From NCBI GenBank assembly GCA_965197475.1, contig CBDANF010000003.1, forward strand, positions 3,936,001-4,000,000: 64,000 nucleotides of DNA. The letters run 5' to 3'. The notes beneath the pieces were generated by a model that was given only the letters and a program-made list of their open reading frames with translations, was not told where the DNA came from and did not search any database. Source of the stretch: Candidatus Poribacteria bacterium. Lineage in GTDB: Bacteria > Poribacteria > WGA-4E > WGA-3G. The stretch's first letter is position 1, and each line of letters opens with the position of its first letter. The translations under genes and the position numbers were made by a program. Shown here one piece after another: positions 38,908 through 52,600 of the stretch.

Positions 38908-39921
38908 ATGCGTTTCTTTGTAAGGCTTAGGCGATGCATTTTGGGTTTATGTGTATCTCTGTTAGGGTTATGCGTTTTAACATTATTCGGAAACCTTGTT
39001 TCTGATGTGAAAAGCGATGCGGATCAGCACAAGGAAATGTACCGCTCATTTAAAGATGGAAGATGTAAGAGTTGCCATCCGGCAATTTGGCGCGAATGGG
39101 AAAAATCTATGCACGCACAAGCATGGGTAGATGGAATTTATCAGGAAGCAGCAAAACAGATTACTGACAGAGAAAAGAGTTGTGACCCATGCCATGCCCC
39201 AGAACCTATCCTCGTGACCGGTATTGGGAAAATGCCAAAATTGCGTAACGTAGAACGTGACTCTGGCGTTTCATGTCTTGTATGTCATCTTGATACAGAT
39301 GGTGCAATGCACGGTCCGCCGGCAAGTGCCGAGACTAATTTTCATGTAAATATAACCGATCCGATTTATAAGGAACCGACAAAGCTTTGTGCTACGTGTC
39401 ATGGGCAACCGAGTGTGCCTGAACACGATCAAGTGTCCAGCTTCCTTGAGAGTAGGTTTGCTACAGAAAAGATGAGTTGTGCTACGTGCCACATGCCGGT
39501 TGTCAATCGGATACAAAGCACAGCAAGTTACGAAAGTATCAAGGGAAGGAAACATACGTGGCGAGGTAGTCGCAGTGTCGCGCAGCTTAAAAGTGCTGCG
39601 ACACTTAAGATTGAGTTTGCTGATAAGAAAGCGACTGTGATCCTTCAGAATAAGGCGGGACATCTCTTACCGGGTGGCACGTATCGTGTTATCGTTCTTG
39701 ATGTGACGCACCTTGCACCTGATGGGACACAGCATCAGAAAAAACAGGTTTTAATCTCTGAAAAGGAAGAAAACCGTCTTAACCCAGATGAGAAGCGAAC
39801 GTTTGTTTTTGATGTTAACACCGGTGATATACTCAAAGCGCGTTTGCGCTATCAACTTACGTCAAAGACACCAGAATCGGAATGGGTACCTATGGCGGAA
39901 GTAAGCGGTGTTGCACCGTGA
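38908..39921 (+). CDS. Multiheme cytochrome c (5 CxxCH, cytochrome c554-like)
   Basis: CKSCH, CDPCH, CLVCH, CATCH, CATCH; N-terminal signal or anchor; EWEKSMHA and NKAGHLLPGG motifs. Confidence 0.88.
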   Translation: MRFFVRLRRCILGLCVSLLGLCVLTLFGNLVSDVKSDADQHKEMYRSFKDGRCKSCHPAIWREWEKSMHAQAWVDGIYQEAAKQITDREKSCDPCHAPEPILVTGIGKMPKLRNVERDSGVSCLVCHLDTDGAMHGPPASAETNFHVNITDPIYKEPTKLCATCHGQPSVPEHDQVSSFLESRFATEKMSCATCHMPVVNRIQSTASYESIKGRKHTWRGSRSVAQLKSAATLKIEFADKKATVILQNKAGHLLPGGTYRVIVLDVTHLAPDGTQHQKKQVLISEKEENRLNPDEKRTFVFDVNTGDILKARLRYQLTSKTPESEWVPMAEVSGVAP

Positions 39922-40072
39922 CGCTTGAGAAAACACTATCCTTTCTTCTTGTAGGAGGGGTTTTAACCCGATATAGTTGTACCGTTAGAGGCGCAATGAA
40001 TTGCGCGACTACAAACGCCGCAAATCTGAAATTGTCAACATAACAAATTTAAACTTAAGTGAATTTTTTAGG

Positions 40073-40320
40073 TTGACAATTAATTCGGTTTTTGTTAATA
40101 TGTCAATTAAATTCTGAAAATTGCTTTAGTTGCTATTGTATTATGCAGAAATATTGCGAATTTCATTTGACATGCTTTCAAAATTATGGTATTATATTAA
40201 ATACCGATTGCAATTTAATCGATGATATATAGATTAGGTGGGGAAATTTACCGAATTTCTAAAATAAAACGCCGTGTACCGATTAAAATGCTTGCTTTTT
40301 TTTGTCACTTTTGTTAAAAT
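40073..40320 (+). promoter_or_regulatory. Three tandem sigma70-type promoters with extended -10
   Basis: TTGACA(40073)-17-TAATAT, TTGACA(40167)-17-TATTAT, TTGCTT(40292)-17-TAAAAT; each -10 is preceded by TGn. Confidence 0.6.
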
Positions 40321-40662
40321 AGCAAACGTTCTTATATTTAAGGGCTAACTTTAAGTCAATAAAACATTATTTGTGTAATCACCCAAATCAGTTATGTAAA
40401 TCGTCCATAAGGATTTGCATGGGTCAAATACAATTCGGTGCCCAAATTATTTGCTTGTTTTTGACCTTCATTACGGATATATTTAGGACTATCCTGGGTG
40501 AATTACGTATAGGAAAAAGAAATTTAATGCTTGGTTGTAGGATGTTAGAATTGGATGGGCAAACACCTACCTCCGGTCGTTTTTGTCGTGTTCCCGCTTG
40601 CCCATCTAAAACTTCAGTATTTAGTCTCGTTTTTGCGTAGACTTAACGAGGAGGAAGAGTTA

Positions 40663-43600
40663 ATGAAAAAACGAACACTTGTTTGTTTTTTGATTTTTAC
40701 ATTGTGTGTTTTTTACAGTTCAATACCAGACACTGTGTTTGGGCAAGACGCGGATCCAACTCCTGAGGAACTCGCCCAACAGGTGTATGACGAGTACAGC
40801 GCAACGCTTACTGATGATACAGTCATTCAAGGTGATGTGACAATTCGAAGCTTGGTTATAGGAGTCCTCACATCGCTAAGCGATCCTGCGGTATTGGAGA
40901 ATCCATTACTTGATCAATTTGGAGGTTTTGAAGGAGCTTTAGATACGGTTCTTGCGAATCCGAGTCTGATAGGATTTGCATTACCGAGCTTGTCTGACCA
41001 AGATAAAGCTAATTACCAAAGTCTTTTAAGTATGGAAGCAATCCAAAAAATGCTTAAGGATTCTACTGTACGGACTTTGATCCAAAACGCAGAAGCAGTA
41101 AAGGTGCTTTTGGCTAAAATTGAGGCAGATCCGCCAGTAGATCCGCCTGATCCACCAGTAGTAGATCCAGCACCGCCGACGTTAGAAATTACAACTTCGC
41201 CCCCGGTAGCTGAGCAAAGTGGTTCGTTTAATGTTGTTTTTGCTACTACGGATGTTAACGGAGACCCGGTTACCGTAACAGGTTCTATTTCGGTGGACCC
41301 CGTTGATGCAGCGAAATATTACAGCATCCCCAGCGGAACGCTCACCGGTAGTGTGAGAGTTACGCAGGCTGCTCCCACCACGGAAATGCCTACCATTCCT
41401 GGCGCGACTGTCACATTAACGCTGACAGCTAATGACGGTACGGCGGATTCATCCCCGGCAACCTTTGTACTAACATTTGCTATAAGGGAGAAACCGCCTG
41501 ATAAACCGGTTAAACCGGTTGTCGATCCATTTGCTCCAATAGCGTCCCCGGATGGCGAGTTGCGACTTGGTGGACTTTCACTTAACAGGATTGGTGGAAG
41601 GCGATTTGTGGCGCAGCTTATTGAGCAAGCTTTACCATCTGGACTGCCTTTGGAAGGAGATGCCTTGGTAGATCCGTTGGTTGATTTCATTCTTGCACAG
41701 GTGCCACAAGGGATTCTCCCTAAAAAGCAGATTAAGAATAATTTATTCTCTCAACAGCCTCTCCCTATTTTTGCAAAGGAAGCGGCTCAGTTAGATCATG
41801 AGAACTTTGGTAATGCTATTACACCTGATTACCTTGGTGAACTTATCTATCTTAACGTGCCAAACGAGACCAAATATCTAACCCGTGATAGTTTGAACGT
41901 TTATGCACGCTATCCATCAGCTGATATTGGTGGTGTTAGGTTTAGTCTTACCGATGGAAGAACAGTTGAAGGTCAGAAGGTTACGAAAGAGGTCCTACAC
42001 GCAGATACTATCCTTTATACCTTCCGATTGGAGGAGACACTCGCTGCTACGAACTTACCGGCATGGCCCGCTTTAGGCGAAGGCGCACAGTTGTTTTCCA
42101 GCGTTGTTCTTCGGTATGCGAAAACGTTAGAAGAATTGAAGGATTTGCCCAGTGCCGAAAATATGACAGCGATTCGCCAAGAAGATGGTTCTTTTGTTTG
42201 GGAAACAAGAGATGTCCGCATCACACCTGGTAATACCTTTTACTACTTTGAAGTGGTACTCACCGAACCGGTGACATTAGAGATTTTGGACCTCCAAGCA
42301 CTTGATGAGGCATTTTCAAAGCCCGGGCAAATTGCGGTAGGAACGAAGACCCATACAATTACGGGTTGGGCGATGCCAGACCCGCGTAATATCCAATTAC
42401 GTGATCACGGGATTTTTGAGGCATTATTCACCGACGCGATTCGAACTGAAATTGGCAAAGTGGCGACTTCATCCGATGTTGTAGCCTTAGGTTTAAAAGC
42501 TGTAGGCGGTGAAGTAGTTACTGGTAAGGAAATTCAGGAAGCGATTCCCGCCCAACAATTGAGAAACCTACAGCGTCTCTTGCTGAGTAGCGTTGATGCC
42601 TTAATTACGGACCTTCAACTCACATTTGACCCGATGTTGGCTTCTGCTTTCACTTTGTATGATGTAGATCTGGAGACTGATTCAATTTGGGTTGCGAATT
42701 TTGATGGTCTTGCTGAAGAAACATATTTTTTAGAAGCACTTGCATACGATTCAGAAGGAAATCCGTTGGATCAAATTCAAGAGGATTTCACTGTTGATAC
42801 GAGTGCACCGACAGCAGGTATCAAGGTTACATCCGGTAATAACGTTAGTGCTTATGAGGACGGAGATGTCTTTGTTGTTACTGCTCCTGAACCAGGTGCT
42901 GCTACGTTGAGTATTACGGCTACGCCTGAAAAGTTGTATGAGTTAGGAGTAGACAAAGGGTATCTTATTCTCCAAATGATTAAGTTGGACGAGCATGGGA
43001 ATCCTCACCCTGAAGGTACTTGGTTGCCGTTGGGTATTGAGTCTATGATGTTAGCGTCTGATATTTGGGATGAGGTCAAAGGACAATTGGAAGGACACCC
43101 AAATCCGGATGTAGATTATCTTTCAACGCAGTCCGTGAGTGATATCTTGGGTATACTAAATCTGCTAACTCTTGATGCGATACAGAATAGTGATCAGATA
43201 CCGCTATTGGCAGGGATACTGAAATCGGCAGATGCGTTCTTTAAAACGTTTGGTATAAAACCCACTCCGGAGCAATATATAGAACTTCGGGATCTTATAG
43301 GTGCCGTAGTAGACGACATAAACCTTGTGCCGCTGATCTTTGATGAGACACAAGTGACGATGACGATACCTATTCAGGGTGAGAATATGGATCTCCTGGT
43401 TGGAGATTACGGTATTCGCGCAATGGGTATTGATAATCTCTTCAATGTTGGTTCTTACGAACCTCCTGCTATGCGTATCAAAATAGTGCCGCCAGAGTTT
43501 GACACAGCAGAGGTCACTGCTGTCAGTATTGGCGACTTTAATGATGATGGCGATCCTGTTCCTGATACTCCGCATAAAACTGGAACCATCTACTCAAATA

Positions 43601-46600
43601 CTTTGGACGATGTGACATTAACTGTCCACGTAACCGAGCGCACCGAGCATCCTGCAACTGCGATGGTGCAATACATGGATGCTAACGGTGACTGGCAGGA
43701 TATCGGTGGACTTGATCTGGCTGACACTCAAGCAGGTTCAACGCTCCCAATTAAATGGGAAAATCTCACTGCTGAGGTGTTTGACGACTTGATAATGGCT
43801 GGTGACACTGTTAGGGTTCGTGCTGAGGCAACCAACGAGCTGACCGAAGGTTTAACGCCCCCTGATGCACCGGTGGAATTTGAGATAAAGTTAGATGCTG
43901 GTCTTCATCCGCCTGAGGTGTTGGCAATTATGGTGGATCCTATGTCCATCACAAAAACCAATCCTGATAGTGGTGCACCCCAAGGTACAATCGTTATTAA
44001 CGGTTATACCCCAGAGTTAACAGGCCCAGAAACCGAATCTGTCCGATTTGAAGCTAAACGGCCCGAAGATGAAGATTGGGAAGTCATCGGCGAAACTACA
44101 GAAGGCCTGGATTTTACTGTAGAAGCTGACGACTTGGAAAACCCGATTGGTCCTCCTGACACGTACCATCAATGGTCTATTACCGTGGATACCGCTACCT
44201 TAAATGAGGGTGATGGTGATACAATCACGAAGGATAGCCCCGGTGCGCGGCAGGATTATATCTTCAATGAGATCACCAACCGATACGAGGTGGTTGACGG
44301 TTACGTGGTGGTTGACGACAACAAATACGAGGTTCGTGCTGTTGCTATTAGTATGGACAAATTAGAATGGTCTTCTGATGCCCGCACAAACTTCTCTGTT
44401 GATAACGTTGACGATGTAGCACCTCGCGGTCTTACCCACGTTAGCGTAACAAACCTTAAGGCGTTTAGTGATAGTGACAAGGTCTTTATTGACAGGCCCG
44501 TTGAAGTTGCTGAAGATGGCAGCTACACAGTTGGCGGCCTCGTTGATAGACATGATGCTGCTGTCGATTCGCCAGTAGTTACCTTCACCATCAAACCGCA
44601 AGCTCCTCTGGGAACCTACGAATTGGTGAAATTGGTAACGCCGGATTTCCCTGAAAATACAGTGAGGGTAGAGGTAACCCCAGCCGACGAAGAAGGCGTT
44701 TTTGAAGTAGCCATTTTCGATATTGGGACGCTTACTGACGACGACGAACTTGCTGACAACGACGAATACGTGAAAAACGGGCCTTATATGTTCCACGCCT
44801 TGGCTTTTGACGAATTCGGTAATGTGCAAGAAGATTTGTCTGCAACCGATGGAACGTTAATCACGGTCAATGTTGCAAACACCCGCCGTCCTGCGCCTGG
44901 TGCCTTAGCGATAACTATAGATCCCGATAAAGATATAGGTCCGAATCCGGATAGTGGTGGTTATCGTGGTGTGATCACTTTCAACGGTTATACCCCCAAT
45001 CCGACATCTGCACCGACACAGAAGATTCGGTTTGAGGTTAAACGTCCAGGTGAAGAGGAATGGACATTAGTAAGAATTGATGCCGGACAAGATAAACGCC
45101 AAGATGCTGTTGAAGTGGAATTGGAACCAATTCTTCCTGGCATTGATATTGCCAAAACGAAGGATATGGAACACCCATACCCTGTCGCTTGGCCAGAGAT
45201 GTACTACAGATGGTCTGTTGATTTTGATACCACGTTCTTGACAGATACCATCACAGCGGATAGCCCCGCCGCGCGCGATCACACTAAGGATGAGAACGCG
45301 TATATGGTGCGTGCTGCAGCGATTGATGGGGTTGAACGCTATGTAGAAGGTGTAATAGCCGATCTCTCAATAGACAATATTGACGATGTCGCACCCCTCG
45401 GTCCGACCCATATTGTCATCAACAGTATTGATGATGTTAATGCTGTTGATCCTGTCTTTATGAAGGATGACGATGGAAACTACACGGTAGGTGGCCTCGT
45501 TGATAAACATGACGATGCTGTCAATTCGCCAGTTATTACCCTGACTATCACACCAACAGCTGAGCGCAAAACCTACGACAACGTGCGGTTGATAAGCACT
45601 CTTGAAGGCACGCTCATTAGTGAGCCTATGGAGACTGTTGTAGCGACCGAGACTGCCGACGGTAGTGGTATCTTTGAAGTAACTGTTGATATCGGTACGC
45701 TGATTGACAACGAAACGTACTTGGCAAACGGACCTTATATGTTCCATGCCCTAGTTTCTGACGAAAATCATCCATTCCACCCGGAGATTGAGAACGTGCA
45801 GGAAGATATGTCCGACACTGACGGATCGAAAATCACCGTCAACGTTGCAAACAATCGTCGTCCTGCCCCTGGGGTGTTAGCGTTAACCGTAGACCCCGCA
45901 ATGGTCACGAATCCGGATAGTGAAGCACCGCAAGGTACAATTACTATCAACGGATATACTCCCGATCCGACCTCTGCACCGATGATGCAGGTTCAGTTTG
46001 AGGTTAAACGTGACACGGATGCAGAATGGATAAGTGTTGGTACTGCTGAGATGTCTGAAGCCGCTGTTGAAGCGGAATTGATGCCTATTGTTGCTGACAT
46101 TGATGCTGCCAAAGCCAAAGATATGGTACACCCGTATCCTGTTACGTGGCCCGAGGCATACCATAGATGGTCTATTGAAGTAGATACGACTACTTTAGAA
46201 GATAGCATCAATAAGGATAACCCCGGTGCACGGGATGTATCCCTTGATGATAACCCGTATATGGTACGTGCTACTGCAGTTGCGACCGATGGTGTTGAAC
46301 ACAGCGTTGAGGGTGTAACAGCCATGTTCTCCGTTGACAACGATGACGATGTCGCTCCACTCGGTCCGACGAACGTTGTCGCAACAAGCATTGACGCAGT
46401 TAACCTTGTCTTTATGGACAATGGTGACGGAACTTACACAGTTGGCGGTCTCGTTGATAAATACGACCCCGAAGTCAACTCTCCTGTAGTTACGTTCACG
46501 ATTACACCAACAGCCGTCCGTAAGACTTACGCATCGGTTAAGTTGCTAACAACTCTACCTGAAGGTGCTATTATCGGTGACATAACCGAAACTGCCGAAG

Positions 46601-49600
46601 GTAGTGGTGTCTTTACAATAACAGTTGATGTTGGCACATTAATGGATGACGATGATTTTGTCTACAATAACAGATATATTGAAGACAGCTATTTCGAAAA
46701 TCCAGAAGAATTAGTCTATAATCCAAAAGGCGAAGTCTTTACGTTCCAACTTCATGCGTTAGCGTATGACAAAGCGATGTCTTATGATGATGTCACTGCT
46801 GCTGACGCAATGTTCCTTGAATACGGAAACATTCAGGCAGATGACTACGATGGCGATGAAATCACGGTGAATGTTGAAAACACTTACCGACCCGATCCGG
46901 GTGTGATGGCAATCGGCGTTGTAAATTCGGACGGAATGGTAAATCCTGATAGTGGTGCACCGCAAGGTGAACTCACTTTCAATGTGTATACATACTATCT
47001 TACTTCACCTCCAACAGAAGGTATTCGTGTTGAGGTAAAACGACCCATTGATGATACGTGGGAACGTATTACTGGTACTGCTGTAGACCCTGTACCTGTG
47101 GATGTATCCGATGTGCCAGGTATTGGCGATTTAGCCGATATTACTGGTGGTCTTGTCGGAATTACTGAAGTTGGCACTGTGTCCGGTGAAGAATCGGAAG
47201 TGGAAATTCCCACGCGCTACATGAAATGGACGTTTATAGTGGATACACGTGAGTTGGCATTGGAAGATACCGTCACTCCAGAAAATACCATCAAACTGGA
47301 TGATACCATCAACCGAGGCGATGGTGATCCTGAACGTGACGCGGCCTTAGACGCAAACCAATATGAGGTGCGTGCATGGTCACTCACACCGAAAAATAAA
47401 AATCTGGATCAACCTGAATACCCACAACGGGATGGTGTGGAAGCGTCTTTCTCATTAGACAATAAAGATGATGTCCCACCACTCGGTCCGACGAACATCA
47501 CTGATATTGCTGATGTCGCAGGATCTATCGCTGCGAATGAAGATGGCAGCGTTACTGTCGGTGGAATCGTTGATCTTACAGTTCCTTCACCAATCGCTAT
47601 ATTTACCATTGAACCGACTGCAGATCCAATCACTTATGTTGGTGGGAAGACCGTTCTGGTTCAAACTGCTCCTGATGGAACAGTAACCGAAACCGATGGT
47701 AGCCTTGAAGTAGGAAGTATTGAAATTGATGTCGGTCTACTTGCGAATGGTACCTATATGTATCATGCACTCGTTGTTGATGAATTCGGCAATGTGCAAG
47801 TACAAGGTGAACTTGATAGACCTTCACCAGTGATCACCGTGAATATCGTAAACTTCCGAGTAAGTGATATTACGGACCTTACTGTAACGGCAGTTGATGG
47901 TGAATCACCAGACAGACACCTACTCCAAGAAACTATTGGAGAACTTCAAGGCAGGTTCCCTCTAAAAGAATCAATCGCTTTGAGTTTCAATGTTAATAGC
48001 GGTTCACTGGCAGTTGAAGAACTTATAGGTGTTCTTATTGATGGGCAACCAGTTACTTATGCTGCAGGTAGTGATGTAGAAAATGCTTTCTCACTGATGG
48101 CAAGTGAACTTTCTGCAGTAGTGGATGGATGGTATACACCGCACGGTCAGGTAACTAAACGGAACGGTTCTGTAACCTTCCCGTTAGCAACGATTAACTT
48201 GGACAACACCGGTCCAATGATCGCCATTGAAACACCCGTAGAAGGGGCTACAGTTAATGACTTGCCAACGCTTCTTGCTGGTTTCGGTGATGGTGATTTG
48301 GGTAGTGGTGTAAGTGATGGTAGTGGTGTAAGTATGAAAGATACTGCTGCCGTTTTATTAGCACGGCTCCGTCCGGAAGAAGTTGTTCAGGACGCAGTAC
48401 CTGTTGATGTTGATCAGAGCATGGTTGAGCAGGATTTAGACTCTGTTGTCTATACCCGCACAGACAGACTTGCTGGTGGGGCATATATGTTCACAATCCA
48501 GGTTTCAGATATCCTGGGGAACATCGGAGAACAGTCAGTATCGTTTGCTGTTGAAGGTATAAACCCAACGGTCGTAATTACTGCACCTGCTTCTGGACAA
48601 ACTCTCGACCACAGTACGGAAGAAATTACCGGTTTCTTTGCTGGTGGTGGGGATGTTGAGATTACGAAGTTTACCATTAACGGTGAACCTGTTGACGTAG
48701 TAGAAAGCGATAACGAATTTACGTATACGCTTCCTGAAAAAGATAAAGATGCAGATGGAGTGTTAGAGGATGGCGAATACACGGTCGCTGTTGAAGTTAC
48801 AGATGGTAGTGGTTTAACTGCTGAAACATCTCTAACCTTTACAGTAGAATTACCAGTTCCGACAGTCGCTATTCACTCACCTCATGCGGCTCAAGTATAT
48901 GACAATGGCACACCGATTATCGCTGGTGATTTCTCAGGTGCTGCTCCAATAGTAGTTACACTCTCTATTGATGGTGAAGCTGTTGAGCCAGTCGTGAACG
49001 ACAATAACCAATTCACCTACACACCGACAGAAGAATTGAGTAATGGTCCACATACGGTTGTTGCTGTAGTCACAGACGATAACGGCAGAACCGCCGAGAC
49101 ATCTACTGACTTCATGATTGATATACCGGGTCCGACAGTTATGATTCATGTGCCTGATGCAGGGCAAATGTATGATATCAGCAGACCGACTATCGTAGGT
49201 GAGTATTCAGGTGTTGCTGCGCCAGTATCACTAAGCCTCACTCTTGAGGGTGAAGTTGTTCCAGTAAACGATAAAGGTAAAGAATTCGATTATACACCTG
49301 TTGGCGCATTAGATGATGGTGAATACACGCTCGTAGCTAAAGTCACCGATGCGAATGGTAAGACTGCCGAAGCAACTGCTATCTTTACGATAAGATTACC
49401 AGTTCCGACAGTCGCTATCCACTCACCTCATGCGGCGCAAGTATATGACAATGGTACACCGATTATTGCTGGTGATTTCTCAGGTGCTGCTCCTATAGCG
49501 GTTGCACTCTCTATTGATGGTGAAGCTGTTGAAGCAGTCGTGAACGACAAAAACAACCAATTCACTTTCACACCGACAGAAGAGTTGAGTGATGGTCCAC

Positions 49601-52600
49601 ATACGGTTGTTGCTGTAGTCACAGACGCTAACGGCAGAACTGCCAAGACATCTACTGACTTCATGATTGATATACCGGGTCCGACAGTTATGATTCATGT
49701 GCCTGATGCAGGGCAAATGTATGATATCAGCAGACCTGTTATTCAAGGTGAGTATTCAGGTGTTGCTATGCCAGTGGAACTAAGTCTCACGCTTGACAGT
49801 GAAGCTGTTCCAGTAAACGATAAAGGTAAAGAATTCGATTATACACCTGTTGACGCATTAGATGATGGTAGATATACACTCGTAGCTACAGCGACTGATG
49901 CGAATGGTAAGACTGCTGAAGCAACTGCTATCTTCTCCATAAGATTGCCAGTTCCGACAGTAGTTATCCACTCACCTCATGCGGCTCAAGTATATGACAA
50001 TGGTAAACCGATTATCGCTGGTGATTTCTCAGGTGCTGAACCTATAACGGTTACACTCTCTATTGATGAAATACTTGTTGAGCCAGTCGTGAACGATAAC
50101 AACCAATTCACCTACACGCCTGCAGGAGCATTAAGTGATGGTAAGCATCAGGTTGTTGCTGAAGTCATGGACGCTAACGGCAGAACCGCCAAAACAACTA
50201 CTGACTTCACGGTTGATATACCAGGTCCGACAGTTGCGATTCTTACGCCCGCTGCGGGTCAGGAATATGAGCACGGTAAGCCGGTTGTCCGAGGTGAATT
50301 CGGAGGTGAAACTGATCTTGAGTTCACCCTCACCCTTGAAGGTGAAGTTGTCCCGGCAACAGTAGTTGATAACACATTTGATTATACGCCTGATCCATCT
50401 TTGGACGATGGTGAGTATACGCTCATTGCTAAAGTCACCGACGCTAATGGTAAGAGTATGGATGCAACTGTTATCTTCTCGGTAAAATTACCGGTTCCGA
50501 CAGTCGCAATTCTTACCCCCGCTGCGGGTCAAATACTTGACCACGGCCAACCGGTTATCACGGGTGATTTCTCAGGTGCTGATCCTATAGCGGTTACACT
50601 CTCTATTGATGGCACAGCTGTCATAGCAGATGTAAATGAAAACAATGAATTCACTTACACGCCAGCGGTTGCGCTGAGTGATGGTGAACACATGATTGCT
50701 GTTAAAGTTACGGATGCTAATGGTAGAACCGCTGAGACATCTGCTGTTTTCACGGTAGATATACCGGGTCCGTCAGTTGCGTTACATGCTGTAGAAATGT
50801 ATGATATTAGCATGCCGGTTATCACAGGTGATTTCTCAGGTGTTGCTACACCAGTATCACTAAGCCTTACGCTTGATGGTGAAACTGTTTCTGCAACAGA
50901 AAGTGAAAACACATTTGAGTTTACACCTGCTGATGCGTTAGATGATGGTGAATACACACTTGTTGCTGTAGCCACTGATGCTAACGGAAAGACAGCAAAA
51001 GCAACATCTGTTTTCACAATCAGACTACCTGTTCCGACAGCCACAATAACTACACCGGCTGCGGGTCAAGTCTATGATCACGGTATGCCTATTATTACAG
51101 GTACTTTTTCAGGTGCTGATCCTGTGAAGGTAATAGTCTCTATTGATGGTGAAGTAGTGCCGGCGGAAGTAAGTGGAAATGATTTCACTTATACACCGAC
51201 AGACGCACTGAGCCATGGTGGCTATACAGTCAAAGTTGTCGTTACAGATGCTAACGGCAATATGGAAGAAGCATCTGCTGACTTTGAAGTGGATATACCG
51301 GGTCCGTCAGTTGCGTTACATGCTGTAGAAATGTATGATATTAGCATGCCGGTTATCACAGGTGATTTCTCAGGTGTTGCTACACCAGTATCACTAAGCC
51401 TTACGCTTGATGGTGAAACTGTTTCTGCAACAGAAAGTGAAAACACATTTGAGTTTACACCTGCTGATGCGTTAGATGATGGTGAATACACACTTGTTGC
51501 TGTAGCCACTGATGCTAACGGAAAGACAGCAAAAGCAACATCTGTTTTCACAATCAGACTACCTGTTCCGACAGCCACAATAACTACACCGGCTGCGGGT
51601 CAAGTCTATGATCACGGTATGCCTATTATTACAGGTACTTTTTCAGGTGCTGATCCTGTGAAGGTAATAGTCTCTATTGATGGTGAAGTAGTGCCGGCGG
51701 AAGTAAGTGGAAATGATTTCACTTATACACCGACAGACGCACTGAGCCATGGTGGCTATACAGTCAAAGTTGTCGTTACAGATGCTAACGGCAATATGGA
51801 AGAAGCATCTGCTGACTTTGAAGTGGATATACCGGGTCCGTCAGTTGCGTTACATGCTGTAGAAATGTATGATATTAGCATGCCGGTTATCACAGGTGAT
51901 TTCTCAGGTGTTGCTACACCAGTATCACTAAGCCTTACGCTTGATGGTGAAACTGTTTCTGCAACAGAAAATGAAAACACATTTGAGTTTACACCTGCTG
52001 ATGCGTTAGATGATGGTGAATACACACTTGTTGCTGTAGCCACTGATGCTAACGGAAAGACAGCAAAAGCAACATCTGTTTTCACAATCAGACTACTTGT
52101 TCCGACAGCCACAATAACTACACCGGCTGCGGGTCAAGTCTATGATCACGGTATGCCTATTATTACAGGTACTTTTTCAGGTGCTGATCCTGTGAAGGTA
52201 ATAGTCTCTATTGATGGTGAAGTAGTGCCGGCGGAAGTAAGTGGAAATGATTTCACTTATACACCGACAGACGCACTGAGCCATGGTGGCTATACAGTCA
52301 AAGTTGTCGTTACAGATGCTAACGGCAATATGGAAGAAGCATCTGCTGACTTTGAAGTGGATATACCGGGTCCGTCAGTTGCGTTACATGCTGTAGAAAT
52401 GTATGATATTAGCATGCCGGTTATCACAGGTGATTTCTCAGGTGTTGCTACACCAGTATCACTAAGCCTTACGCTTGATGGTGAAACTGTTTCTGCAACA
52501 GAAAATGAAAACACATTTGAGTTTACACCTGCTGATGCGTTAGATGATGGTGAATACACACTTGTTGCTGTAGCCACTGATGCTAACGGAAAGACAGCAA

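Noticed and set aside
40554-40606. c-di-GMP-I riboswitch suggested by GGGCAAAC
   Set aside because: The GAAA tetraloop stem and downstream GCAAAG/receptor elements are not present; only a simple stem is supported.
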